Source: Eledone cirrhosa (Eukaryota). Taken from it: a stretch of DNA of 64,000 bases. A program made the position numbers and the translations under genes. Numbering within the stretch: the stretch's first letter is position 1; each line of letters begins with the position of its first letter. Below are positions 29,219 to 40,812 of this stretch, piece by piece. The notes under the pieces were generated by a model. It was given only the letters and a program-made list of their open reading frames with translations, ran no database searches and had not been told where the DNA came from. Location: positions 361,832,001 to 361,896,000 of the forward strand of contig OZ024742.1 of the NCBI GenBank assembly GCA_964016885.1. Reading direction: 5' to 3'.

Positions 29219-32200
29219 TCGACATCACCACCACCACTGTCTCAGTATCGCTAACGCCGCCAGTCTCCCACTTCCCTGCTGGCTGCTACTTCCACATTAT
29301 AGAATTCCTACTACTAACAAAGAGGAAGGCATCAAAATATATAGATAGACCCAAAAGAAAAAAGAAAAAACAAACAACAAAACCAAAGCAGCACAGCAAC
29401 AACAGCAAAAAACGAGAAAAACAAACAGAGAAAAACAAAAACAAAAAAAAGAAACCCCAAAAACGTAAAGAAAATAAGAATGAAGAGAGAAGCAGGCGGA
29501 CGGACAGAGAAGAGGGGGGAAAAAGTAAAACTTAAAAAACTAAAACTAAGTCAGACATTCGAACACTACATTACAATGAAACTTATGCTTATTCATTTCT
29601 GGGGTCCTTTCTGCCTGTGTGTTTGTTTGTTTATGTGTGTTCGTATACAGCGTGGTGATAATGCTACACAAGGGCCAAGTGGGATGGCGGATCCACAGAT
29701 GGCTATGTAAACATACATTCGCCAATCCTCGATAAGAGTGTTTAAATATCGAACATAAACAGTTCGAATAACGGTGAAATGGAGACTAGAACGTCATGTG
29801 ACAGACTCTCACCCAACAGGTGCCCCCTGGCTCAGCAGCAGGAACCTGACTGTCAACCAAATACTGCTGATGTTGGAGGAAGGAGAAGAAGGAAAGGGGC
29901 CAGAACCAACTGGACGAAAGAATTGAATAGAACTGTTATGCAATGCTACCTGAAAAGTAACCCCAAGGAGAGGGGCTACAGGAGACGGATGCATAACATC
30001 TGGAACGAGATTGGTTTATTTAAATTAGATGAACAAAAATTGGCCGGGCAGGCTCGGGTAATAAGAACTAATGGGTGGATAAGCGAGCTGGAACTGGAGG
30101 AACTGAGCAGAGAGAATGGCTTGGAGATGGCGGGTGTAGTATGCCAGACAAGCGAGCCGGTGGGAAATGAAGGTGAGGAGGTCCTGAGAACGGAGGAACC
30201 ACCCGAAGCAGACAATGATCTGAGTACTGAGATAAATAATACCTGGAACAGAGATACGGCCACTGAGGAGATGAATGCTGACGAGCTAGGACAAGATTCG
30301 GTTGACATCCTAAATTTAGTGGTAGATGAATTGAACAATGATAGTGGGAGACCTATGAACCTAAGATTTGTAGACAGGAAAAAGTTAAAAGAAACAACAG
30401 CTAAGGTAAACAAAGTCATCCCATACCTTGAGGCGAGGAGCCTTCACCAGTGCAACAATATCCTCAGAGCAACAGCAAATACGGTGAGGAAACTACTTGG
30501 TATAAAAGCGAGAGGAAACAACAGACAAGAAAGAGCAGAGCCGTGGTGGAAGAAGCGACTGAGTGGGCAAATCGGGGAAATGAGAAATGACATAGGAAAG
30601 CTTGAGTCACTACTGAATGGGACACTAAAAAACATAGGCACTAAAAATAGACTGGAAATAAAATACAAAACTAGGAGTAAAAAGCTAAATATTATCATAG
30701 AGGAATTGAAGCAACGCATTGTAGCAAAGAGTGCAAAAATCAGGCGATACGAGAACAGAGTCAGCCAGTATAAACAGAACCGCATGTTCGACAACAACCA
30801 GAAGATGCTGTTTGGACAGCTTGAGGGCAAAGAAAGAGGCAACGACTTGATCCCTGGGGCGGAGCAAACTAAAACATTCTGGAGAGGAATATGGGAGCAG
30901 GATGTTAGACACAATGCCCAGGCAGGGTGGATTGAGACAGTACAGAGGGAGATCGGTGAGCAGGCACAGCAACAGACTGATTTGAGTATCACAGTTGAAA
31001 CTCTTAAGGGGCAAGCCAAAAAACTAACCAACTGGAAATCACCAGGCCCAGATGGTGTGCAGGGGTATTGGATTAAACATCTAACATCCCTCCACCCGAA
31101 GCTGACGGCCATGTTCAATGACTGCTTGGTGTCGGGTGAGGTGCCAGAGTGGTTGACAAAAGGTACCACAGTTCTGATAATGAAAGACCGAATCAAGGGT
31201 AATGATGTTACCAACTATAGACCTATCACATGTCTGCCCGTAATGTGGAAACTGTTGACGAGCATTGTGTCTGAGGAAATCTACCATCACCTCCACACAA
31301 ACAACTTGTTACCGGACGAACAGAAAGGATGCCGAAAGAAGTCACGTGGTACAAAGGACCAGTTGCTTATTGATAAGATGGTAATGGGGAATTGCAGGAG
31401 GAGACACACTGATCTTGCCATGGGATGGATAGACTACAGAAAGGCATTTGACATGGTGCCTCATTCCTGGATCACCAAAAGCCTGGAGATCTTCAGGGTG
31501 GCAGATAACATCAGACAGTTGCTAGGCAGGAGTATGGGGTCCTGGGAGACAGAGTTGACATCAACTGGAGTATCCTTGGGAAGCGTGAAGATCAAGAGAG
31601 GTATCTTCCAGGGAGATAGCCTGTCCCCTCTGTTGTTTGTCCTTGCCCTGATGCCCTTGACCATTATGCTGCGAAAAGTGAGAGCAGGATACAAGTTGGG
31701 AAGGGGAGAGCTTACCATCAATCACCTCCTCTTCATGGACGATCTTAAGCTCTTCGGGAAAAGTGAGAAGGAGTTGGATGTGCTTGTTGACACTGTCCGT
31801 ATTTTCAGCAGTGATATATGTATGCAGTTTGGTATTGGTAAATGTGGAGTCATTGTGATGAAGAGGGGTAGGTTGAGCAGAAGTAACGGGATCCAGATAC
31901 CAACAGGTGAGATGATAAAGGAAATTGACTCTGAGGAAGGATACAAGTATTTGGGCGTTCTGGAGGCTGATGGCATAAAGAACAAAAAAATGAAGGAATT
32001 GTTAAGAACTGAATACATTCGGAGAGTAAGGAGCGTATTGAAGTCACATCTGAACAGCAGAAATGCCATAAGCGCAGTAAATTCCCGAGCTGTGTCTATT
32101 ATTAGGTACAGTGCGGGAATTCTGAGATGGAATGTTGCTGAACAGAAAGAAATGGATAGGAAGACTAGTAAGCTATTGACTATCTACAACATGTTCCACA

Positions 32201-33286
32201 AGAGGAGTGATGTCGATAGACTCTACCTAAGGAGATCTGAGGGTGGAAGAGGTCTTATCAGCATAGAGGACTGTGTTCAGATGGAGAAAAACAACCTATA
32301 CAAATACGTGACCTATAGTAAGGAGCCAATGCTCAGAGCTGTACTGAAGGAGGGGACAGTAGGCCAGGGGATGTCCAGGGAGGAAATAACATCAAGGAGG
32401 AAGAGCAGCCTTAAGGGAAAACCCCTTCATAGTACCTTCTTTGAGAAAACTGAATTTAGAGATCCACAGACATGGAACTGGTTGAGAAGAGGAGACCTCA
32501 AAAAGGCTACAGAAGGAATGCTAATGGCTGCGCAGGAGCAGGCCCTCAAAACGAAGTGGTTGAAGCACCATATCTACAAGGAGGAGGCCAGCCCACTGTG
32601 CAGGATCTGTGGAGAGAGAGAGGAGACTGTGGCTCACATTGTGTCCGAGTGTAAACACCTAGCCCAGACCCACTATAAGGGCTGGAGACACGATGTGATG
32701 GGCAGGGTGATCCACTGGCACCTGTGCAAAGTAAACAATCTACCACTTCTGAGAAATGGTATGAGCATAGGCCAGAGGCGGTGATGGAGAACAATCAGGT
32801 GAAGGTGCTGTGGGATTTTAGGATACAGACGGACAAAAAACTGGAACACAATAGACCTGACCTGGTGGTTGTGGACAAAGAAAAAAGATCGTGCCTGATT
32901 GTGGATGTGGCCTGCCCGTTCGACACGAGAGTGCAAGAGAAGGAGAGGGAGAAAATTAACCGATACCAGGACCTAAAGTGGGAGGTGAAAAGGATTTGGA
33001 ACTGCCATGAAGTCAAAGTGATCCCGATTGTCATAGGCGCACTGGGGACTATCTCCAAAAGTTTCCAGGGATGGTTAAAGAAAATCGGCCCCTTCACGCT
33101 TTTTGGAACGCTTCAAAAGGCATGCTTGCTTGGAACAGCAAGAACCCTCCGATACGTCCTGAATATCTGAGGCTGCAGGTAGTGGCTTGATATTCAATCC
33201 AACGGACTTTCCAGTTAACCAACATCAATGACTGAGATTCAAGGAATAACAGTGACGATAATAATAATAATAATAATAATAATAAT
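29219..33286 (+). mobile_element. R4/Dong-type non-LTR retrotransposon, family A copy 1 (near full length)
   Basis: 5' UTR shared with 53524-54070, single long ORF, short 3' UTR, (TAA)n at both ends. Confidence 0.93.
29779..33170 (+). pseudogene. RT + CCHC + restriction-like endonuclease polyprotein, one 1-bp frameshift at ~32746
   Basis: KSPGPDG, NYRPITCL, IDYRKAFD, GIFQGDSLSP, LFMDDLKL, CRICG-HIVSEC, RPDLVVVD..IVDVACP..K. Joins ORFs 29779-32784 and 32724-33170. Confidence 0.93.
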
Positions 33287-33289
33287 GTT

Positions 33290-36200
33290 TAATTCCAATT
33301 TTACGGGAATATGTCAACACAATATATATTAAACATACGAATACAAACTCATAGATACTACATATTACAAAACTCGGTAACGACAACGCCACCGCCGCCA
33401 CCACTCCATCCATCATTGCTACCACTATCCCATCACCGCCGCCACCACTCCTTCATTGCTACCACCACTATTCCCCTGTTAACTTGAGAGAGAAAGGGGA
33501 AGGTGGCGGTATCACTAGACAAGGGAGAGGCTAGCAAAAGATATAAATAGATTGACTTAGTGACCTGGCCACCGGCCAAACGTCAACATCAACAACTATG
33601 GGACTGCTGGCTCACCCCTTCCTCACCAACAATATAAAAAGCCCCGGCACCACCACCGACATAGCCAACAACAATAACAGGCAACTTCAGCAAAAAGTAT
33701 ATTATATTATTGTAATGCACTGGGTGATTGCTGGCCTTGTGCCTGGAGTGGAGACAATTATTAATAATTTCATTCTTAAGCCACGCAATGCTCACATTAA
33801 GGAACCACTCATGATAATAACAATTTAAAAAAACAACAAAAAGAAAACCCCGTGACCAAGAAATACCGGGATGGCGGCGGCGGGGAATAGCCGTATCTCT
33901 AGGGGAGAACGACCCCTCTAGTCTTGGTTGACACTCGTTCTACAAGTGGTAACACGAAATGATTACCCCTTGGCGGATAAGGATAAAACGCAACAAAATA
34001 AAGTAAATGTCTAATGATAAAATCTCATACCGGATCGGCCGTCACCCGGGAAAAAAGGGCCGCGTCCCTCAGAGAGGAACCAGACTGGGGTCGAAAAATC
34101 AGCTAATGGTTCAAACCTTCCCATCACTTCGGAGCTGGAGACCTCCCATAACCGGATACTCCTACTGTTGGCCCTCCATGCTCACCACCAAGAAATCCAA
34201 AGAAAAAGAGAGAAAAATGGTCAAGGGAAGATAATAAAGAAGTCCTTGAGGCTTTCTACACTGCCATGTACTACCCATCAAATACATCGAATACAGAACA
34301 GACATATATCAACTGGAAAAAGAAACATCCCGAAAACAGAGGCTATATTGACAGTAACAAACTAGCCAATATACGAAGAAATATTGTAAGAAAAAAGTTA
34401 CTAACTGATATAGAAATTGATCAGATCAAGCTATTAGCACAAAGTCAGCGAAGGGAAAATGAAACATGTGTCAGTGAAAACGAGGTAAATTGTAACACTT
34501 CGAATCCCAGGGTTGAGGCGGAATCACTGGCAACAGAACAAATTAAAGAAAGGATCGAAAAAGTGGAGGGAGTGCATGCTCAAGATGAAACTCCAAATGA
34601 AAATAATGAGATCGTAAATGATAAAGAAATGAATGAGAATGAACTTGCCAACTTGAAGGATGAAATTATGATCGAATGGATGAAAATGAAAGAATCTGAC
34701 ATGGGGCAACGAGACACCCTCCCTAAGATCCAGAACTCCAAACAGAATCGAAAGATAATACACAAGACTAACATAATTCTCAAAAACATTATCATCACAA
34801 ACAAACTAAACATTACTGATTTAAATCATCTCTATTATGCATCGGCTAAAGTCACCACTCACTTATGTGGAGTGAAGATGAAAAAACAAAGGAATTCCCA
34901 CAAGAAATCTACTTGGCAAGAGAACATCAATCGCCAAATAAACCTTCTCCGATCTGACATAGAAATTTTAACAAACTATAAAGTAGGTGAACATGTTAAA
35001 CAAACTAAACTTAGAAAATTGAAAAAAAACTACAGTATAAAATCAACATGTGACATAGACATGCTGATAGAAATAATCAAGCAAAAAGTGTCGGCCAAAG
35101 CTGCTCGTATAAGGCGCTTTGAAAAACGATCTAGATTCTATAAGGACAATAATATGTTCAAAAACAACCAAAGAAACTTCTACAGAAAAATTGGTAAGTC
35201 AACAATAACTGGTAAATCAATACCACCCAAGGAGGAAGTGCAAGAATTCTGGGAAAAGATCTGGGCCGAAGAAAAAGTTCATAACATACATGCCCCATGG
35301 ATAGACAGACAAATGAAAGATACAGCTCACCTTGAGGAACAAATATGGGAAAATATAACAGTTGAACAGTTGCGCTTGGCTCTAAGAAAAACCAGCAAAT
35401 GGAAATCCCCAGGAAAAGACAAAATACAAAACTTTTGGATAAATACCTTCACAGAGTCTCATGAGCTGTTAGCCCAACTTTACAATGAAATAGTTAAGGA
35501 GCCAGAAAAGATACCATCATGGCTAGTTAACGGCATTACATTCCTGCTTCCGAAGAATGATGAGACAAACAATCCCAAAAATTACAGACCGATAACTTGC
35601 TTGACCACAATATATAAAATTTTAACATCAGTCCTAACTGAATACACATATGACCACCTGATAACAAATGACCTATTTCCCATTGAGCAGAAAGGGTGTA
35701 AACGAGGCTCATATGGCTGTAAGGATCAGCTTCTGGTTAACAAAATGATACTGGAAGATTGTCATAATAGACACAAAAATCTATCGATTGCTTGGATAGA
35801 TTATAAAAAAGCATTCGATAGTTTGCCACACAGTTGGATTGAAAAATGTTTAGAGATTTTCAAAATACCCCCCGTTGTCAGGAGGTTTTTGTCATTCAGT
35901 ATGAAGACATGGAAAACGACACTCCTTTTCAATAATGAAACAAAATCACTGGAAGCTGGAAAAGTTAATATTAATTGTGAAATTTTTCAGGGTGACTCTT
36001 TATCACCGCTTTTATTCTGCATCGCATGTATACCATTAAGTAAAATGCTCAATGAAACAAAACATGGATATAAAGTCTATGACAAAACCATTAATCACCT
36101 GTTCTACATGGATGACCTGAAACTATTTGCAAAAAATGATGAACAATTTCAATGGCTATTATCTACTGTGGAGCAGTTCAGTGATGACATTAAAATGGAG

Positions 36201-37491
36201 TTTGGACTAGATAAATGCGCCAAAGCAACGTTCACCAGAGGAAAGCTGCTGAAGAGTTCAGACATTAATCTTGATCGGGGGAAGGTGATAAGAGAACTTG
36301 ATCAAGAAAAAACTTACAAATATCTAGGTGTTTGCGAAGGAGACGGAATCAAGCACTCGACAATGAGGGAAAGGATAAGGAAGGAATGTTACCGCAGAGT
36401 AAGAGCAATCTTAAGAACGGAATTGAATGCAAGGAATAGGATCGATGCCATAAACACGCTTGCCATACCAGTCGTAACCTACAGTTACAATGTCATCAAC
36501 TGGTCAAGCACAGAGATCCGTAGGCTCGATACAAAAATTCGAAAACTCTTAACCATGCACAGAATGCATCACCCTAAGGCAGATATAGATAGAATATATC
36601 TCCCTAGGAAAGAAGGAGGACGTGGGTTAATCCAGTTAGACATTGCGTTGAAAACTGCAACAATTGGATTATCTACATATCTAAGGGAATCACATGATTG
36701 GATGATCAAACTCGTTTTGAAACACGAAAGCATCAAAAGATCATATTCCATTACAAAAGATGCACAAAGATACAGTAATGGACTACAAATTTCAGAAGTC
36801 CCATTTACTGCTGAAATGGAAAACACAGAAAAAGCAAAGCAGGTAAAAGTAACTGCAAAGAAAGAACTGCTACAGAAACTGGCTAAGAAATGGCAAGAAA
36901 AGCCTCTGTATGGAAAATACCCAGAGCGAGCTAACAATCCTGATGTTGACAAAACTTTAACCCATCAGTGGTTGGCATCCTCTGGACTGAAATCGGAGAC
37001 TGAAGGACTGATTATATCAGCACAAGATCAGTGTCTGCCAACAAAAAATTACCAAGCCAACATAATAAAAAATGGATGCAGCCCATTATGCCGTGTATGC
37101 AAAAAACAACCAGAGACCATTGACCATATAATTTCAATGTGCAGTCCTATAGCTCCAACCGAATACCTAAACAGGAATGACAGAGCTGCACAATACATAC
37201 ATTGGATAATGTGTAAGCATTTTGACCTGCCCCATCAAAAGAATTGGTGGGAGCATCAACCACCTCCCATACTTGAAAAAGATCACATCTCAATCTTGTG
37301 GAACTTTAGCATCCAAACAGACCGAAAAATAGATGCAAATAGACCTGATATAATATTGAAGGACTTTAAAAAGAGGGTATGCCTGCTAATTGATATGTCT
37401 GTTCCAATAGACAAGAATGTATTTATAAAAACATTTGAAAAATTGAGCAAGTATAAGGACCTGGAGATAGAAATTGGAAAAATGTGGAAAT
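33290..37491 (+). mobile_element. R4/Dong-type family B copy 1, 3' end lost at a SINE
   Basis: Follows the (TAA)n tail of A. Homology to copy 2 stops at GGAAATTG (~37492), where an antisense S1 SINE begins. Confidence 0.9.
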
Positions 37492-37526
37492 TGCATTACT
37501 GGTACTTTATTTTATCGATCCTGTAA
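34266..37526 (+). CDS. Family B RT + CCHC + RLE protein (C-terminus truncated; true N-terminus probably further upstream)
   Basis: 1086 aa ORF with KSPGKD, NYRPITCL, IFQGDSLSP, FYMDDLKL, CRVC-HIISMC, RPDIILKD..IDMSVP. The same frame extends upstream (KKREKWSREDNKEVLEAFY). Confidence 0.9.
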   Translation: MYYPSNTSNTEQTYINWKKKHPENRGYIDSNKLANIRRNIVRKKLLTDIEIDQIKLLAQSQRRENETCVSENEVNCNTSNPRVEAESLATEQIKERIEKVEGVHAQDETPNENNEIVNDKEMNENELANLKDEIMIEWMKMKESDMGQRDTLPKIQNSKQNRKIIHKTNIILKNIIITNKLNITDLNHLYYASAKVTTHLCGVKMKKQRNSHKKSTWQENINRQINLLRSDIEILTNYKVGEHVKQTKLRKLKKNYSIKSTCDIDMLIEIIKQKVSAKAARIRRFEKRSRFYKDNNMFKNNQRNFYRKIGKSTITGKSIPPKEEVQEFWEKIWAEEKVHNIHAPWIDRQMKDTAHLEEQIWENITVEQLRLALRKTSKWKSPGKDKIQNFWINTFTESHELLAQLYNEIVKEPEKIPSWLVNGITFLLPKNDETNNPKNYRPITCLTTIYKILTSVLTEYTYDHLITNDLFPIEQKGCKRGSYGCKDQLLVNKMILEDCHNRHKNLSIAWIDYKKAFDSLPHSWIEKCLEIFKIPPVVRRFLSFSMKTWKTTLLFNNETKSLEAGKVNINCEIFQGDSLSPLLFCIACIPLSKMLNETKHGYKVYDKTINHLFYMDDLKLFAKNDEQFQWLLSTVEQFSDDIKMEFGLDKCAKATFTRGKLLKSSDINLDRGKVIRELDQEKTYKYLGVCEGDGIKHSTMRERIRKECYRRVRAILRTELNARNRIDAINTLAIPVVTYSYNVINWSSTEIRRLDTKIRKLLTMHRMHHPKADIDRIYLPRKEGGRGLIQLDIALKTATIGLSTYLRESHDWMIKLVLKHESIKRSYSITKDAQRYSNGLQISEVPFTAEMENTEKAKQVKVTAKKELLQKLAKKWQEKPLYGKYPERANNPDVDKTLTHQWLASSGLKSETEGLIISAQDQCLPTKNYQANIIKNGCSPLCRVCKKQPETIDHIISMCSPIAPTEYLNRNDRAAQYIHWIMCKHFDLPHQKNWWEHQPPPILEKDHISILWNFSIQTDRKIDANRPDIILKDFKKRVCLLIDMSVPIDKNVFIKTFEKLSKYKDLEIEIGKMWKLHYWYFILSIL

Positions 37527-37870
37527 GGATGAAAGGCAAAGTCAACCTCGGCGGGATTTGAACTCAGATCGTAAAGGGACGTCACTATGCTGGAAAGCAT
37601 GGCGTCCGACCCTCTACCGATACTGCCAATCCACCGCTCTCCAATGATAATAATAATGATAATAATAATGATGATAATAATAATGATGGTTTCTTATATA
37701 GGCACAAGGCCAACAATTTTGGAGGAAAGGGAAACTCGATTAAATCGACCCCAGTTTATTACTGGTGCTTTATTGTATCCACTCCGTAAGGATGAAAAGC
37801 TAGCCTAACCGGCGAGATTTGAACTCGGTATATAAAGAAACGTAATGTTGTCCAACGCTCTACCTACACT
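37492..37870 (-). mobile_element. Two antisense S1 SINE copies (37492-37640, 37688-37870)
   Basis: Reverse complement of 39017-39235. Confidence 0.8.
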
Positions 37871-38047
37871 TCCACCCTGCCCTTCTGCTAATAAAGAATA
37901 ATAAATGGTAATAATTATGACAATGATAATGCGGCTTAGTTATTGATATCGATATAAACTATTGACATCTATGTATGGAGACAACTTAAAAGTTTATTGA
38001 AATGAAATATTTAAAGATTAAAAATTAAACAATTTCCGATTCACATT

Positions 38048-38121
<74 letters not shown>

Positions 38122-38289
38122 CGTGTGAGAGGGGAGGGAATGAGTGAGTGAACGAGGGAGTGAGGAAGGAAAGGAGAGTGTACTTCAGCAAATTTCTTGG
38201 TGAAAGTTTCTTAAGATGTGCTATTTGTTTGTACCTCTATGTAATCTATATAAGTTAATAATTTAGCCTGTGGCTAAAAAACAAATTAT

Positions 38290-39235
38290 TAGTAGAGTCG
38301 TTAGACGTGAAATAGAATACTTTACAGTACCCTTCACTCTGAGTTCAAATCTGGCCTAGGTCAAATTTGCCTTTCATCCTTTCGGGTTCGATAAAATAAT
38401 GTACCGCTCAAACACTGGGGTCGATATAATCGATTCCATTCCCCTCAAATTACTGGCTTTATGTCTAATTTAGAAACCAGGACGGTGGATTATGTCGATA
38501 GGGTGTCAGGCACAATGCTTGCAGTATTTAGTCAAGATTTTCTAAGATTTGAGTTCAAAGCCCACCAAGGTCAATCTTGTCATCCTTCTGGGAACGATAA
38601 AATAAAGTACCAATAAAGTACTGGTGTTCGATATTATAGACATTTCCCTTCCCTCTAAATTGCTGGCTCTGTGTCTAAAGTAGAAATAATGTGTAGTAGA
38701 TTGATAGAATCCTTTGAGTAGCGAACAAAATGTCTTTCAGTTACGGTTCTTTACTTTCTAATTTCAAATCCCACCGAGGTCAACCTTGCTTTTTATCTTT
38801 CCATGTCGATAAAATATAGTACCAGTCAAGTAGCGAGGTCGATTCAATCAGCTTTCCCCGCCCCCAAAACTGCTGTATTTGTGCCTAACTTGAAAATATT
38901 ATTATTCAGGGCGGTTAACTCTGCCTTTCATCCTTACGGGGTCGATAACATAAAGTACCAGTAATGTACTGGGTAATTTCTGGCCTTGTGCCAATAGTAG
39001 AAACAATTATTATTCAGGGTGATGGATTGGCAGTATCGGTAGAGGGTCGGACGCCATGCTTTGCAGTATAGAGTTACGGCCCTTTATGATCTGAGTTCAA
39101 ATCCCGCCGAGGTTAACTTTGCCTTTCATCCTTACGGGGTCGATAAAATAAAGTACCAGTCACGCACTGGGGTCGATTTAATCGACTTTCCCCTACCCCA
39201 AAATTGCTGGCCTTGTGCCTATATAAGAAACCAAT
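38290..39235 (+). mobile_element. Head-to-tail array of ~5 S1 tRNA-derived SINEs
   Basis: Repeated GAGTTCAAAT / CATCCTT..GGGTCGATAA / GCTGGC.TTGTG units about every 200 bp. Best preserved copy is 39017-39235. Confidence 0.85.
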
Positions 39236-39393
39236 ATTATCATTAGTCTTATTTTATATTGCATCTCTCTCACTGTACGACGGAGCCTAGCTCTATATTC
39301 ATTGGGTAGGTGCAGTGTTTTCTTTCAATATCTTATGGTATTGTATTGGTAATGACTGAGTTAACGAGTTCTCGTTTTATATCCGATTTTCAG

Positions 39394-39446
39394 GTTTGTA
39401 CGGAGCGGAAGAAAACCTGGAGCTTATTCCGGACTCATGGGTGTAA
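39394..39446 (+). CDS. Candidate terminal coding exon of a host gene, (x)LYGAEENLELIPDSWV* (delta-catenin/p120-family-like C-terminus)
   Basis: Pyrimidine-rich TTTTCAG acceptor at 39393, an open frame in non-repeat DNA, and the class I PDZ ligand PDSWV-stop as in delta-catenin, p0071 and ARVCF. Very short, so chance cannot be excluded. Confidence 0.5.
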
Positions 39447-39454
39447 AATGACAG

Positions 39455-39840
39455 AGGAAAATTATTTATGACGTCTTATTGTTGAAAATGTACTTATTAC
39501 GCCCTTATAGTGAAAATAACTTACAACATAATAGTGTTGAAAAACTACTTATGACGACTTAGTGGTGACGAATAATTTGACATCGTAGTGACGAAAATTG
39601 CCTATGATGTCTTTGTGTTGAAAAGCTACTTATAACATCTCAGTAATGAAAATAACTTATGATGTATTGTAGAGAAAATACTTATGACGTCTTAGTGTAG
39701 AGAAAATACTTATGATGTCTTAGTGTAGAGGAAATACTTATGATGTCTTACTGTAATACTTATATCTTAGTGACAAAAATTACTTAAGAAGAATTAGATT
39801 AAAAGTTACTTGAGGCGTTTTAGTGTTTAAAATTGCTCAT
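39455..39840 (+). repeat. Degenerate ~28-30 bp minisatellite (AAAATACTTATGAYGTCTTAGTGTAGAG)
   Basis: About a dozen decayed units. Cleanest at 39675-39750. Confidence 0.75.
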
Positions 39841-39940
39841 AAATTATCAATAGAAAGAGAATCTTAAAATTGAATTACTAAAAGGAATTTACTCAACAAT
39901 GTACCTGGATGTACGTTAAAATATATAGGGGGGGGGGGTC

Positions 39941-40520
39941 ATTGTTGTGGTGGTTGTTGTTGTGGTGGTTGTTGCTGTGGTCTTTGTTGTTGTGGTCTTT
40001 GTTGTTGTTCTGGCTTTTGTTGTTGCTGGTGCTGTTGTTGTGGTTGTTGCTGTTGTCAGTGTTGTTGTTATCGTTGTTATTGCTGTTGCTGCTGTTGATG
40101 TTGATGTTGCTGTTGTTGCTGTTGATGTTGATGTTGCTGCTGTTGATGTTGATGTTGATGTTGCTGCTGCCGTTGGGTTTGTTTTTACGATTAAAGAATT
40201 TGTCGGTGGCTTTTGTCGTTGCTGTTGTTGTCATTGTTTTTTTTTTGTTGTCGTTCTTGTTGATATCGTTCTCATTGTCATCGTCGTTGCTGCTGCTGTT
40301 GTCATTATCGTTGTTGTTATTGTTGATGTTGTTGTTGTTGTTATTGTTGTTATTGTTGATGTTGTTGTTATTGTTATTGTTGTTATTGCTGTTATTGTTG
40401 ATGTTGTTGATGTTGTTATTGTTGATTTTGTTGTTGTTGTTGTTGTTATTGTTGGTGTTATTGTTGATGTTGTTATGTGATTGTCGAATTTGACATTGTT
40501 ATCATTGCTGTTGTTATTGA
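39941..40520. repeat. Degenerate (GTT/GCT/ATT/GAT)n trinucleotide tract
   Basis: Directly visible. Confidence 0.95.
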
Positions 40521-40752
40521 TGGAATTTTTGTATTGCTCCAAACGTGTCTATTAGTTTATAGAAAGTTTAAATTTATGTAAGATTTTTCCAGTTGATTTT
40601 CTTCTTTGTTGATATAATTTATTTTTTTCAAATTTTCAATTCATACAGCGACAATAAAATACCTTAAGGGCAAAAGACTGACAACGCAACAATACGTTTT
40701 GAACAATAGCAGTTAAATAGCACTGTCAATAATAATAACAACAACAGCAATA

Positions 40753-40812
<60 letters not shown>

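Noticed and set aside
29809-33097. Antisense ORFs inside the A, B, RTE and Tx1 elements
   Set aside because: Shadows of the RT frame with no motifs. They recur only because the elements are duplicated.
39455-39840. CRISPR-like array
   Set aside because: Tandem degenerate units without unique spacers, eukaryotic context, no cas genes.
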